A DNA stretch of 64,000 bases. Source: Deltaproteobacteria bacterium. GTDB lineage: Bacteria > Myxococcota > Kuafuiibacteriia > Kuafuiibacteriales > Kuafuiibacteriaceae. How positions within the stretch are numbered: the first letter of the stretch is position 1; each line of letters starts with the position of its first letter. A model generated the notes under the pieces. That model was not told where the DNA came from. It saw nothing but the letters and a program-made list of their open reading frames with translations, and searched no databases. Shown here piece by piece: positions 48,217 through 57,804 of the stretch. The stretch covers positions 128,001 to 192,000 of the forward strand of contig JAVJQW010000062.1 in NCBI GenBank assembly GCA_040218735.1, in the 5' to 3' direction. The translations under genes were made by a program, and so were the position numbers.

Positions 48217-48274
48217 GGGACGCCGCCCCGGAGGACTCGGTCGCATCGACCGCGGATGTTCCCAGGAAGCCGCG

Positions 48275-49246
48275 TCAGTCGCAAACAAAGACGCTGTCGA
48301 CGACCGGCGGCAGGTTCCCGCGGTTGCGTTCGACCTCGCGCGCCGCGCACCGCGAAGTCGGACAGAGCAGCGGCGTCCTCGGGTTGCACGGCAGCGCGCA
48401 GCGACCGTTCACACACAGCCCGGTCTTGCAGTTGCTCCCCATGAGGCACCCGATGCCGACCTCGACCAGGCCCGACGAAAAGCCATCGCAGCGTCCGACG
48501 ATCGCGGCGTTGTCCCACGCCTCACCCGCCGGGACGTCGGGGTGATCCGCGACGGTCTCGACCGAGTACACGCAGCCCTGGTTCGTCCCCGCCGGGCACT
48601 CCGACGAAGCCTGGCACGCGTCCGGCTGCGGCTGCATCTCGAGCGCGACCGAAGACGTGACGATCTCCTCCGGGAAACAAACCCCGACGGTGAACCGGCC
48701 GCGTTCGTCGCTCGCACGCGCGGCCGCGTCGTCCACCGCCGCCAGCCGACACGTGTGGTTCGCCGGACAGTTCGCCTCGGACGAACACGCCCGAAGGCAC
48801 ATCCGCCAGTCCTCCACCTCCGCGTCGACGCTCTCGAGCGCTCCCCCCTCGGGCAGCAGGTACAGCGGGTACGAAGTCGACGCGCCCTCGGCAGCGAACG
48901 CGACGCAGTGCAGCCCGTCCGCGCAGCCACACGCCGAAGACGAAGCACGCGCGCTCGTCGACGTGTGGATGCCGCTCTCGCAGCGCACCGCCGACGAGTA
49001 CGGCGTCACCACCGGCTCGCAGCGTGTGCTCGCGAACGTGCACCCCGGACGCCCCGTCTGTTCGGTGTCGCAAGAGAACCGCGGGAGGCAGTCACCGTCG
49101 ACGCACCAGTGCGATTCGGGACACGGCAACAACCCGTCCGGCGCCGGCGCCTCCTCGATGCACGCGAAGCGCTCCGGGGGGACGTTCGGCAGGTCGAACG
49201 AACACGCCGTCGACAGCGCCACGAACAACAGCAGCGCGCGCCTCAC
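48275..49246 (-). CDS. Cys-rich lipoprotein
   Basis: GTG overlapping the upstream stop reads MRRALLLFVALSTAC; many Cys in CP..H.C / C.....C modules. Confidence 0.8.
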   Translation of the reverse strand: MRRALLLFVALSTACSFDLPNVPPERFACIEEAPAPDGLLPCPESHWCVDGDCLPRFSCDTEQTGRPGCTFASTRCEPVVTPYSSAVRCESGIHTSTSARASSSACGCADGLHCVAFAAEGASTSYPLYLLPEGGALESVDAEVEDWRMCLRACSSEANCPANHTCRLAAVDDAAARASDERGRFTVGVCFPEEIVTSSVALEMQPQPDACQASSECPAGTNQGCVYSVETVADHPDVPAGEAWDNAAIVGRCDGFSSGLVEVGIGCLMGSNCKTGLCVNGRCALPCNPRTPLLCPTSRCAAREVERNRGNLPPVVDSVFVCD

Positions 49247-50235
49247 CACGTCCACCCCACGACCGCGCCCGAGCCGTCGACGACGAGGTCCTCGCCGGGG
49301 TCGAGCACGTACCAGACGACCGCGCCGATCACCGCCGCCGCGCCCGCGACGAGGAGACCGTTCGTCACCAGCGTCCCGCGTCCGACCGCCGACTCGTCGC
49401 GCGCGTAGCGCTCGCGCGTGAATCCTTCGTCGCAGGGTCCGCCACCACACGCAGCGTCCCAGCCGTCGACCGTGTTCTTCGTCGTCACACCGACGATCAC
49501 CCCGGTGGCCACCGCCGCGAGCCCGATGCCGCCGAGGATCAAGGGCCGCACGCTTCGGTTCTTCTCCAGCTCGACGGCGACCGCGGTCCGCTGCCCGAGC
49601 AGCACCTCCGCCGTCGCGCTGGCCGGCGAATGCCCGCGCGCCTCCACGACGATCTGTCGCTCCCCGGGCTTCACCCGCACCACGGTCATGAACCCGGACT
49701 CGTTCGCGGCGGTCGTCCCGGCGAGCTGGCCGTCCACGAACACGTTCGCCCCGGCGAGGTTCGCCGAGACCGCGAGGAGCCCCTTCGCCCGCGCGAAGCG
49801 CTCCGGGAACAGGTCCGCCACCACGGCCGACACCGCCTGCGCGATCCCACGACCGCCGGGCGGGATCTCGCGCGACACCCGAACGCGCGAGCCGGTCGCC
49901 GATGTCGCCGTGTCGATCAGCCGCACGCGCAAGACGAGTTGCTCTTCGAGGTCGAGCGTCCCGACCACGAGGCGATCCGTCTTCACGTTCGCCGTCGCGC
50001 TGCGGAGGCACGCGTCGTCGGTGCACGCCTCCAGCCGGCGCGCGGCGTCCTCGCCGAGGAGCTCGCCGAGGTTCGACAGGGAGACCACCTCCAGATCCGG
50101 GAGGTCCCCGAGCGCCTCCTCCAGCGCGATGGTCGCGGCGCGTCGCGACGTGCCCGCGGCGTCCCCGCGGATCGGTACGACGCCGACACCGACCGTCGGC
50201 GCGGCGGCGAGCGTGAGGAGGAGGAGCGGCGTCAT
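49243..50235 (-). CDS. PEGA domain protein with C-terminal hydrophobic hairpin
   Basis: Signal peptide, N-terminal alpha/beta domain (CTDDAC), PEGA (GANVFVDGQLAGTT), two hydrophobic segments, C-terminus VVGWTW. Confidence 0.8.
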   Translation of the reverse strand: MTPLLLLTLAAAPTVGVGVVPIRGDAAGTSRRAATIALEEALGDLPDLEVVSLSNLGELLGEDAARRLEACTDDACLRSATANVKTDRLVVGTLDLEEQLVLRVRLIDTATSATGSRVRVSREIPPGGRGIAQAVSAVVADLFPERFARAKGLLAVSANLAGANVFVDGQLAGTTAANESGFMTVVRVKPGERQIVVEARGHSPASATAEVLLGQRTAVAVELEKNRSVRPLILGGIGLAAVATGVIVGVTTKNTVDGWDAACGGGPCDEGFTRERYARDESAVGRGTLVTNGLLVAGAAAVIGAVVWYVLDPGEDLVVDGSGAVVGWTW

Positions 50236-51293
50236 CGAAGTTCCACGGGCCCGCGCGTGCGCGACAGGAGGCGATCCGCGCCCTGCTCCACGCCGCTCGC
50301 GATCGCCTCGGCGCTCACCTGCGTCAGCAAGTCCAACAGCCCGGGACGTTCGCGCTTCGGGTACACGAGGGTCGGCTCCTCCATGTCCTGGTACGCCGTA
50401 CTGGACGTGACTGTTTCACCGGCGGCTTTTTCTTCGCGCTGCTTGGCGAGGATGACCGCCTTTCTCGCGGCGTCGTGCAGGCCGCCGAGCGCGTCGATGA
50501 GGTCGGCGTCGAGCGCGGCGCGCCCGGTCATCACGCGTCCGTCGGCGAGCGCCTTCACCTTCTCGATCGGCAGACCGCGCCGCTCGGCGATCGCGGTGAC
50601 GAACTGGTCGTAGATGTCCGCGATGAGCCCTTGGAACAGCGCCTCGTCGGCGGGGGTCATCTCGCGGAACGGGTTCCCCGCGTCCTTGAGGGGCCCGCTC
50701 TTGAACGTGTGCATCCGGAAGCGGAGCAGCTGCGCGATCTCCGTCAGGTCCGGGGTCTGCGTGATGACACCGATCGATCCGGTCACCGAGCCGGGTGAAG
50801 CGAACACCCAGTCCGCGCCGAGCGACGCCCAGAACCCACCCGACGCCGCGACGTTCCCCATCGACGCGACCACCGGCTTCTTCTTCGACACCGCGCGCAT
50901 CGCTTCGAAGATCTCCTGCGAAGGCGCGACCGCGCCGCCGGGGGAGTCGATGCGCACCACGACCGCGACGAGATCGTCGCGCCGCCCGAACGCCCGGATG
51001 TCCCGGACGAAGTCGGTGGCGTCCATGATCGCGCCCTCCAGCTCGACCACACCGACGCGCTCGCCGCTCCCGCCGAACACCTGCGCGTTTGCGCCGGTGT
51101 TACCGACGGTCGCGCACGTCACGCAGGTGCCGCCGAGGCTCGCGCCCAGCAGCAGGAGAATGATCGTGTTGAGCGGGTTCGTCCGGCGCGGCGCCGCAGG
51201 CGGCCGAGGTGTACGGCGCGGCGGAGGGGGTGGCTGGCTCGGAAACGAAGCCGGCCCCGGAGGTCGACTGCCGGGCGGGGATCCTTCGTGCAC
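50232..51293 (-). CDS. sppA: Signal peptide peptidase SppA (S49, short form)
   Basis: RIDSPGG, SMGNVAASGG, TGSIGV, KSGPLKD, ADGRVMTG. Confidence 0.93.
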   Translation of the reverse strand: MHEGSPPGSRPPGPASFPSQPPPPPRRTPRPPAAPRRTNPLNTIILLLLGASLGGTCVTCATVGNTGANAQVFGGSGERVGVVELEGAIMDATDFVRDIRAFGRRDDLVAVVVRIDSPGGAVAPSQEIFEAMRAVSKKKPVVASMGNVAASGGFWASLGADWVFASPGSVTGSIGVITQTPDLTEIAQLLRFRMHTFKSGPLKDAGNPFREMTPADEALFQGLIADIYDQFVTAIAERRGLPIEKVKALADGRVMTGRAALDADLIDALGGLHDAARKAVILAKQREEKAAGETVTSSTAYQDMEEPTLVYPKRERPGLLDLLTQVSAEAIASGVEQGADRLLSRTRGPVELR

Positions 51294-51381
51294 GGCCGCG
51301 CAAATCGCCGATCCTGAGGAGGTTGGTCAAGCGCCGGGCCTTGACGAAAGCGCCGAGCGGCCCGAACGTCCCGCGACGACC

Positions 51382-52410
51382 ATGAGCGCCGCCGCCCGTG
51401 CCGAGACCCTCTCTGCCCTCCTCGCCTCCACCGTCGTCGGTGTCGTCCGCAGTGAACGCCGCGAGCGCGCCGCGGCGATCGCCCGCGCCCTGGTCGAGGG
51501 CGGGATGCGCGCCGTCGAGGTCACCGCGACCACGCCGGGCGCGTTCGACATCATCGCCGAGCTCGCCCAGGCGTTCCCGCCGCCCGCGACGGTGCTCGGC
51601 GTGGGCACCGTGCGGACGACGCGCGAGGTCGACCGCGCCGAACAGGCCGGCGCGCGGTTCATCGTGTCGCCGCACACCGACCGCGCGCTCATCCAGCACA
51701 CGGTGCAGAAGAACCTGGTGAGCATTCCGGGCGCGATGACCCCCACGGAGATCCTCACCGCCCGGGCCGCCGGCGCCGACATCGTGAAGGTGTTCCCGAT
51801 CGACGCGGTCGGGAAGGCCAACTTCGTGCGCCGCCTACGGGGGCCCCTCCCCGACGTGCCGCTGTGGGTCTCGGGCGACGTCGCGGTCGCGGAGATCGAC
51901 GGCTACCTGGAGGCGGGTGTCTCGCTGATCGGCCTGACCAGCGCGCTGACGGCGGATCTCGTGGAGCCGCTCGAAGACGCCGTGAAGCTGCGTGCGAAGG
52001 CCGCGATGGAGGCCGTCACCCGCGCACGCGCCGGGGCGCCACTCTTGTCGTTCGTGGTGAACGGCAAGCGCGGCTCGGTCGGCCTCAAGGAGCTGCGTCG
52101 GCTCCCCGGCTCCGAGCACACCCCGCTCGAGTCCGCGGTGCAGGGGCGTCGCGGGCACGCGGTGCGGATGCGGGTCTTGCTCGAATCCGCGCTGGTGGAC
52201 CGCTCGGCGACGGTCGAGGTGGTCTCCGCCGACGGCTTTGCGCGCGAGGTCGACGCGCAGACCCTCTACGACGGGGGCTACCTGCACTACGCGACGGACG
52301 GGCACGCCCTGTCGGTCGAGGAGGGGGGCCCGCTGCGCCTGTACATCGTGGGCGGCGACTCCCAGTGTGACAACGTGAAGGGGCTCGCCGAGATTCGCGT
52401 GGTCGAATAG
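51382..52410 (+). CDS. KDPG/KHG aldolase (Eda family) fused to a molybdopterin-oxidoreductase-like C-terminal domain
   Basis: EGGMRAVEVT, GVGTV, FIVSP, PGAMTPTE and VKVFP (Schiff-base Lys), then SADGF...YATDG..L..EEGGPLRL...NVKGL..I.V. Confidence 0.8.
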   Translation: MSAAARAETLSALLASTVVGVVRSERRERAAAIARALVEGGMRAVEVTATTPGAFDIIAELAQAFPPPATVLGVGTVRTTREVDRAEQAGARFIVSPHTDRALIQHTVQKNLVSIPGAMTPTEILTARAAGADIVKVFPIDAVGKANFVRRLRGPLPDVPLWVSGDVAVAEIDGYLEAGVSLIGLTSALTADLVEPLEDAVKLRAKAAMEAVTRARAGAPLLSFVVNGKRGSVGLKELRRLPGSEHTPLESAVQGRRGHAVRMRVLLESALVDRSATVEVVSADGFAREVDAQTLYDGGYLHYATDGHALSVEEGGPLRLYIVGGDSQCDNVKGLAEIRVVE

Positions 52411-52422
52411 ACTCCGGCCCCG

Positions 52423-53484
52423 ATGCGGCTCCTCACGCTCGCGCTCGCACTGACGCTCGTCTCCTCCGAAGCCTTCGCGGCGAAGCCCGAGGCGGTCGCC
52501 GCCCTGCAGGAGGGGCGTCGTCTCCTCGAAGCCAAGAAGACCCCGGCGGCGATTCAGGCCTACCTCCGCGCGACCGAGCTCGACCCGAGCTACGGCGAGG
52601 CGTGGACCGAGCTCGGCAACGCGTACTTGATGTCGGGCAACTCGGCCGAGGCGGCGACCGCGTTCACCGGCGCGCTGAAGGTCGACGCCAGTAACTCCAC
52701 CGCGCGCTACAACCTGGCCTACTCGCTCCGCAAGACGAAGCAGTTCGCGGAAGCCGCGCGCCAGTACCGCACCTACCTCGAGACGAACCCGAACGACGCC
52801 GACGCCCACTACGGCCTCGCGGAGAGCTTGCGTGCGTCGGGCGACCCGCTCGGCGCTGCCGACGCCTACGACGCGTACGCGCGCGTGGAGAAGCGCCCCA
52901 AGCAGCAGAAGTGGGTGCAGAAGGCGACGCAGCGCGCCGCCGAGCTCCGCGCCGAAGCGGCGGCGAAGGCGCCGGCCCCCGCGCCCGCGAAGCCCGCGCC
53001 CAAGGCGGCGGTCGCGGACAAACCGGCGAAGCTCGAGATGTCGGTGACGGGCGCGGCGGCGAAGCCGGACGTCATGCCGAGCAAGGAGGCCGCAGTCGCG
53101 GAGGCGCCGGCGCGAGGCGGTCAGCGCACCGACGCGTTCACCGCCGGGCTCGACCACCTGCAGCGCGGCGACTACGTCGCGGCGAAGGAGCGGCTCGCGG
53201 TGGCGCTGCGGGAGCAGCCGGAAGATCCGATCGTGTTGGCCGCGCAGGGCAGCACGTTCCTCGGTCTGCTCGACGGCGTCGGCGCGGAGTCCGCGTACAA
53301 GAAGGCGTTGGTGATGGCGCCGGACGCCGCGGTGCCCGGGATCTACCTCGGCCTCGGTGAGGCGCAGCGCATCCAGGGCAAGCTCGCGGAGGCGGCGGCG
53401 TCCTACCGGCGCGCGTCGGAGCACCAGCGGGCGTCCAACTCGGTGAAGCGCTTCAGCGAGGAGCGGCTCGCTGCGGTCCAGTAG
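52423..53484 (+). CDS. Exported TPR protein
   Basis: Signal peptide (EAFA) and two TPR clusters separated by an Ala/Pro/Lys linker. Confidence 0.88.
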   Translation: MRLLTLALALTLVSSEAFAAKPEAVAALQEGRRLLEAKKTPAAIQAYLRATELDPSYGEAWTELGNAYLMSGNSAEAATAFTGALKVDASNSTARYNLAYSLRKTKQFAEAARQYRTYLETNPNDADAHYGLAESLRASGDPLGAADAYDAYARVEKRPKQQKWVQKATQRAAELRAEAAAKAPAPAPAKPAPKAAVADKPAKLEMSVTGAAAKPDVMPSKEAAVAEAPARGGQRTDAFTAGLDHLQRGDYVAAKERLAVALREQPEDPIVLAAQGSTFLGLLDGVGAESAYKKALVMAPDAAVPGIYLGLGEAQRIQGKLAEAAASYRRASEHQRASNSVKRFSEERLAAVQ

Positions 53485-54670
53485 CCGCGTCGGTCTCGTC
53501 GTCCTCCTCGCGGGGTGCGACGTCGGGCCGCTGACGGAGATCTACGACGGCGGCGTCGTCGACGTCGTCCGCGACGCGGGGCCGCGCGTCGATCGTGACG
53601 GCGGGCCTCGTCGCGACGGCGGTTCGCTCCGCGACGCGGGGCCGGTGCGTGACGGTGGCGTGCGCGACGCGGGGCGCAACCCGCTCGAGCTGCCGTACAC
53701 GTCCAACTTCGATCCGAACCTCATCCCGCCTTCGTTCGGGAACTTCGACGCCGCGAACGGGCTGATCTGCCGGCTCATCACGGACCCGTCGACACCGCGG
53801 TTCGAGGGGCTGGGCTGTGAGAGCGACGGTGCGCCGAGTGTGTACCGGACGCCGTCGGGTCGTGACGTGGTGTTGGTGCACGTCGACATCCTCGACGTCG
53901 AGGGCACGCTGGAGATCGAGGGCCCCCTCCCAGCGTTGTTCGTGGTGGAGCGGTTCGCGGACCTCGACGGCTTCATCGTCGCCAACGCCTCCGGCGCGAC
54001 GCCGGGGCCCGGCGCCGAGGTCGACGACTGCGGGCCCGCGCGCGACGGCCCGACGACGAGCGGCGGCGGAGGCGGCGGCTTCGGCGGCGCCGGCGCGGCC
54101 GGGGGTCGCTTCGGCTCGGGCGAACCGTTCGGCGCGCCGGGCGAGATCAACGGCGCGGCGAACCTCATCCCACTGCGCGGCGGCTGCGCGGGGGGCAGCG
54201 GTGGCGCGGCCGTCCCGGTCGTGGGTGGCGGCGGCGGCGGCGCGGTGCAGATCAGCGCGTTCGAGCGCATCGTCTTGGACGGGCAGATCTACGTGAACGG
54301 CGGCGGCGGCCTCGGCAACGGCGACGGCGGCGGCAGCGGCGGCGGCAGCGGAGGCGCCGTCCTGCTCGAAGCGTTGCTCGTCGACATCGGTGACACCGGA
54401 CGCATCCTCGCGAGCGGCGGCGGAGGCGGCGCGGGCGGCGTGCCCGACGACGGCGCCGACGGCAACGCGATCGCCACCCCCGCCGCGGGCGGCGGCGGCC
54501 CCACCCCCGGCGGCCGCGGCGGCCTCGGACCGACCCCACCGACCCCGGGCGCCGACGGCGCGGGCGAAGGCGGCGGCGGTGGAGGTGGCGTGGGCCGCGT
54601 GCGGATCAACGCGGATGTGTGCCGGGTCGACGAGGACGCGCGGGTGTTGCCGGCGCCGTCGGGCTGCTGA
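53471..54670 (+). CDS. Gly-rich lipoprotein, probable CTG start
   Basis: The frame extends upstream of the ORF-track start to give (M)RSSSRVGLVVLLAGC; RDAG/RDGG repeats; GGGGGG..GG motifs and L.GGC.GG.GG. Confidence 0.75.
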   Translation: MRSSSRVGLVVLLAGCDVGPLTEIYDGGVVDVVRDAGPRVDRDGGPRRDGGSLRDAGPVRDGGVRDAGRNPLELPYTSNFDPNLIPPSFGNFDAANGLICRLITDPSTPRFEGLGCESDGAPSVYRTPSGRDVVLVHVDILDVEGTLEIEGPLPALFVVERFADLDGFIVANASGATPGPGAEVDDCGPARDGPTTSGGGGGGFGGAGAAGGRFGSGEPFGAPGEINGAANLIPLRGGCAGGSGGAAVPVVGGGGGGAVQISAFERIVLDGQIYVNGGGGLGNGDGGGSGGGSGGAVLLEALLVDIGDTGRILASGGGGGAGGVPDDGADGNAIATPAAGGGGPTPGGRGGLGPTPPTPGADGAGEGGGGGGGVGRVRINADVCRVDEDARVLPAPSGC

Positions 54671-54672
54671 GC

Positions 54673-54879
54673 CGCTGACGAAGTCAGCCGGCCCCTTGAA
54701 CTTGAACTTGCCCTTGACCTTGCCCTCTCGGGGAAAGGGGCGCGGTGATCCTGTTCGCACCTGGGCACTTTGCGTTCCTTGCCCTGGTTCGCTGGGGGTC
54801 GCCAGGAGTGCGAGCCGTGCTCGAGGGCAAGGGAAAGGGCAAGTTCAAGTTCAAGGGGCCGGGGCTGACTGCGTCAGCG
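54673..54879. repeat. Structured inverted-repeat element, copy 2
   Basis: Arms CGCTGACGAAGTCAGCCGGCCCCTTGAACTTGAACTTGCCCTT / AAGGGCAAGTTCAAGTTCAAGGGGCCGGGGCTGACTGCGTCAGCG, with the same core motifs as copy 1. Confidence 0.85.
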
Positions 54880-54885
54880 TCCCGG

Positions 54886-57804
54886 CTAGTGCAGCGAAGT
54901 ATAAAACGCCACCGCGCGCCGCATCACCTCCGCGAGCTGCGCCTTCGTGATCGGCTTCTGCACGTAGAACGTCGCGCGGTTCGCGTAGGCGCGTGCGACG
55001 TCGGTTTCCTCGGCGGAGGCCGAGACGATCGCGACGGGGATCGTGGCGAGGTTGGCGTCCTGGCGCATCTCGCCGAGGAGCTCGTGGCCGTCGCGGTCCG
55101 GGAGGTTGAGATCCAGCAGGATGAGGTCGGGGGCCTTCTTCCCTTCGCGGAGGATCTTCAGCGCCTCCTCGCCCGTCGTCGCGACCGTCAGCGTCGACTT
55201 CATGTCGACCTTGCCCAGCGCGATCTCCGCGAGCTTCGCGTCGGCCGCGCTGTCTTCGACGAGCAGAATGTCGAGCGCCGCGCTCTCGCCGGTGAGCTCC
55301 CGGAGTCGCTCGTGGGCGTCGGCGAGGCGGTTCTGCAGCTCGTCGATCGCGGTCTCCTTGCTGCGGATCGCCGTCGTGTCGACGAACGTGATCACGGACC
55401 CCGCCGTCTCGCCGCGGTGGTTGTAGAACGGAAGGACGCGCAACAGGATGTAGCGACCATCGGCCGCCTGGACCTCCTTAAGCGTGGTGGTCCCGTCGGC
55501 GATCACGCGGCGCGCGGGCTCGATGATGTCCTCGCCCTGAATCGTGTGCGTCAGGTGATCGAGCGGGCGTCCGAGGTCGTGCTCGACGATGTTCACGAGC
55601 CCCTTCGCCGCCGGCGTGAACCGGCGGATCTTCAGCTCGCGATCCGTGAACACCACGCCGACCTCCAGGCTCCGGAGCAGGTTGTCGAAGTCACTCGACA
55701 GCCCGATCAGCTCCGCGATCTTCGACTGGTGCTCCGCGTTGACCGTGTACAGCTCCTCGTTGACGGACTGCAGCTCCTCGTTCGTCGCCTGCAGCTCCTC
55801 GTTGGAAGCCATCAGCTCCTCGTTCGTGGCGACGAGCTCCTCGTTGGCAGACTCGCGCTCCTCGATCGTCGTCTGCAGGTGCTCGCGCGCCTCCTGCAGC
55901 GCCTCCTCGAGATCACGGACGCGCCGGTTCGCGTTTCCGTCCATCGGCTTCGACGCCGGGACGGCGTCGGGGTCGAGCTTCACCGACTCGAACCGAATGA
56001 ACGTCAGCGCCTCTTCGGTGTCGTCCGACGGCGGAATCGAGTGGATGCTCATCCGGACCGCTTCGTTCCGTCCTTCCAGCGCGACCGGATCGTACTCGAC
56101 GGCCTCGCCGGTGCGCGTCGCGCGGTGAATGCCCGCCGCGAGCGCGACCTCGAGCTCCGGCAGCACCAGGCGCTGCGCGTCGAGCGTCGCCGCGCCGGAG
56201 GGGATGCGGAGGTACCGCGATCCCTCTCCGATCGTGTGGAGGATCGCGCGGTCCTGATCCAACAGTAACGCCGCGTGGATCAGCTGCTCGGCCGCGAACC
56301 GGTACCCCCGACGAACCGTCGTGACCTCCCGCGGCTCCGGCGCCGTCTTGGTCTTGCGCGGCGCCGACAGCACGCCCTCGACCGAGCGTCGCAGATAACT
56401 CCGCACGCCCGGAGCGCGCCGGTAGATCGAGTGTTTCTCGGAGTAACGAATGAAGGCCGCGTCGAGCGAGGTCACCGTCTCGGCCGGCCCTAGTACGAGG
56501 AACCCATCACTCCGCATCGCGTAGTGCAACGACGCGAGCGCGTGGGTCTGCACCGAGGGCCGCAGGTAGATCAGGCAGTTTCGACAGCTCACCAGATCCA
56601 TCCGCGTGAACGGCGGGTCGCGCACGAGGTTGTGCCGCGCGAAGATCACCATCTCGCGCAGGTTACGGCGAACGATCACCGCGCCGTCGCGCTCTTCGAA
56701 GAGCCGCGACCGCCGCCCCTCGGGGACGCGCTCGGCGGACTCCTGCGAGTAGATGCCGGCGCTCGCGATCTCCAGCGCGCGCGGGTTGATGTCCGTCGCG
56801 AAGATCTTCACGTCGGGCTGCGACTGGAGCCGCTCCATCCGCTCGCTCAACAGACAGGCGTACGTGTACGCCTCCTCGCCGGTCGAGCACGCCGGCACCC
56901 AGAGGCGAACCGGCCGACCGCGCTCGGCGTCTGCGATCACCTTCGGAACGATCTCGTTCTCGATGAGCTTCCAGACCTCTTCGTCGCGGAAGAAGTCGGT
57001 GACGCCGATCAGCAGGTCGGAGACGAGCGTGCGTCGCTCGGCCTTCGACGCCTCGAGCGTCTTCATGTACTCGGCGAACACGCCCTCCCCCGACGCCGCG
57101 ATACGTCGTTCGAGGCGGCGCATCAGCGTCGACACCTTGTAGTGCGAGAAGTCGACGCCCTCCTTCGTGGCGAGGAGGCGAATCACGTCGTTGGCGCGGA
57201 TGCGATGCCCATCGTCGCGCTCCAGCTCGAGGGCCTCCAGGATGAACGCCGGCATCTCCTCCGGACGGAGGGTGCTGTCCACCGAGCCCGTCGCCAGCGC
57301 GCTGCGCGGCATCCCGCCGAACTCCGCGGTGGCCTCGTCCTGAACGACGACGAGGCCGCCGTTCCGCTTGATCGCGTCGATGCCCACGGTGCCGTCGTTT
57401 CCGGTGCCCGAGAGGATCACGACGGCCGCCTCGGTCCCCTGCGCTTCGGCGAGCGACTCGAAGAACACGTCGATCGGCCGCAGCGCCTCTCGCGCGGGGA
57501 CCTCTTCGAGTCGGAACACGCCGTTCTCGATGCGTACGTTGGTCCGCGGCGGGTTCAGATAGACGTGGTCCGGCCGCAGCGGGACCCCGTCGCTGATCGT
57601 CTGGATCGGCATCGACGTCCGCCGGGCCAGCAGGTCGCCCATCATGCTCTTGAAGTCCGGCGACAGGTGCTGAATCAGGACGAACGCCGCGCCGGTGGAC
57701 GCCGGGACGTTCGCGAAGAACCGCTCGATCGGCGTGAGGCCACCGGCAGACGCACCGACCGCGACGACGGGAAAGGGGAGTGAGGGGACCGTGGTGGGCG
57801 TCAT
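54886..57804 (-). CDS. CheB-CheR fusion with coiled coil, PAS and C-terminal receiver
   Basis: GASAGG, QHLSPD and LSGTGNDG (intact CheB triad); [24 protein letters not shown]; NEEL repeats; receiver [15 protein letters not shown]. Confidence 0.93.
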   Translation of the reverse strand: MTPTTVPSLPFPVVAVGASAGGLTPIERFFANVPASTGAAFVLIQHLSPDFKSMMGDLLARRTSMPIQTISDGVPLRPDHVYLNPPRTNVRIENGVFRLEEVPAREALRPIDVFFESLAEAQGTEAAVVILSGTGNDGTVGIDAIKRNGGLVVVQDEATAEFGGMPRSALATGSVDSTLRPEEMPAFILEALELERDDGHRIRANDVIRLLATKEGVDFSHYKVSTLMRRLERRIAASGEGVFAEYMKTLEASKAERRTLVSDLLIGVTDFFRDEEVWKLIENEIVPKVIADAERGRPVRLWVPACSTGEEAYTYACLLSERMERLQSQPDVKIFATDINPRALEIASAGIYSQESAERVPEGRRSRLFEERDGAVIVRRNLREMVIFARHNLVRDPPFTRMDLVSCRNCLIYLRPSVQTHALASLHYAMRSDGFLVLGPAETVTSLDAAFIRYSEKHSIYRRAPGVRSYLRRSVEGVLSAPRKTKTAPEPREVTTVRRGYRFAAEQLIHAALLLDQDRAILHTIGEGSRYLRIPSGAATLDAQRLVLPELEVALAAGIHRATRTGEAVEYDPVALEGRNEAVRMSIHSIPPSDDTEEALTFIRFESVKLDPDAVPASKPMDGNANRRVRDLEEALQEAREHLQTTIEERESANEELVATNEELMASNEELQATNEELQSVNEELYTVNAEHQSKIAELIGLSSDFDNLLRSLEVGVVFTDRELKIRRFTPAAKGLVNIVEHDLGRPLDHLTHTIQGEDIIEPARRVIADGTTTLKEVQAADGRYILLRVLPFYNHRGETAGSVITFVDTTAIRSKETAIDELQNRLADAHERLRELTGESAALDILLVEDSAADAKLAEIALGKVDMKSTLTVATTGEEALKILREGKKAPDLILLDLNLPDRDGHELLGEMRQDANLATIPVAIVSASAEETDVARAYANRATFYVQKPITKAQLAEVMRRAVAFYTSLH

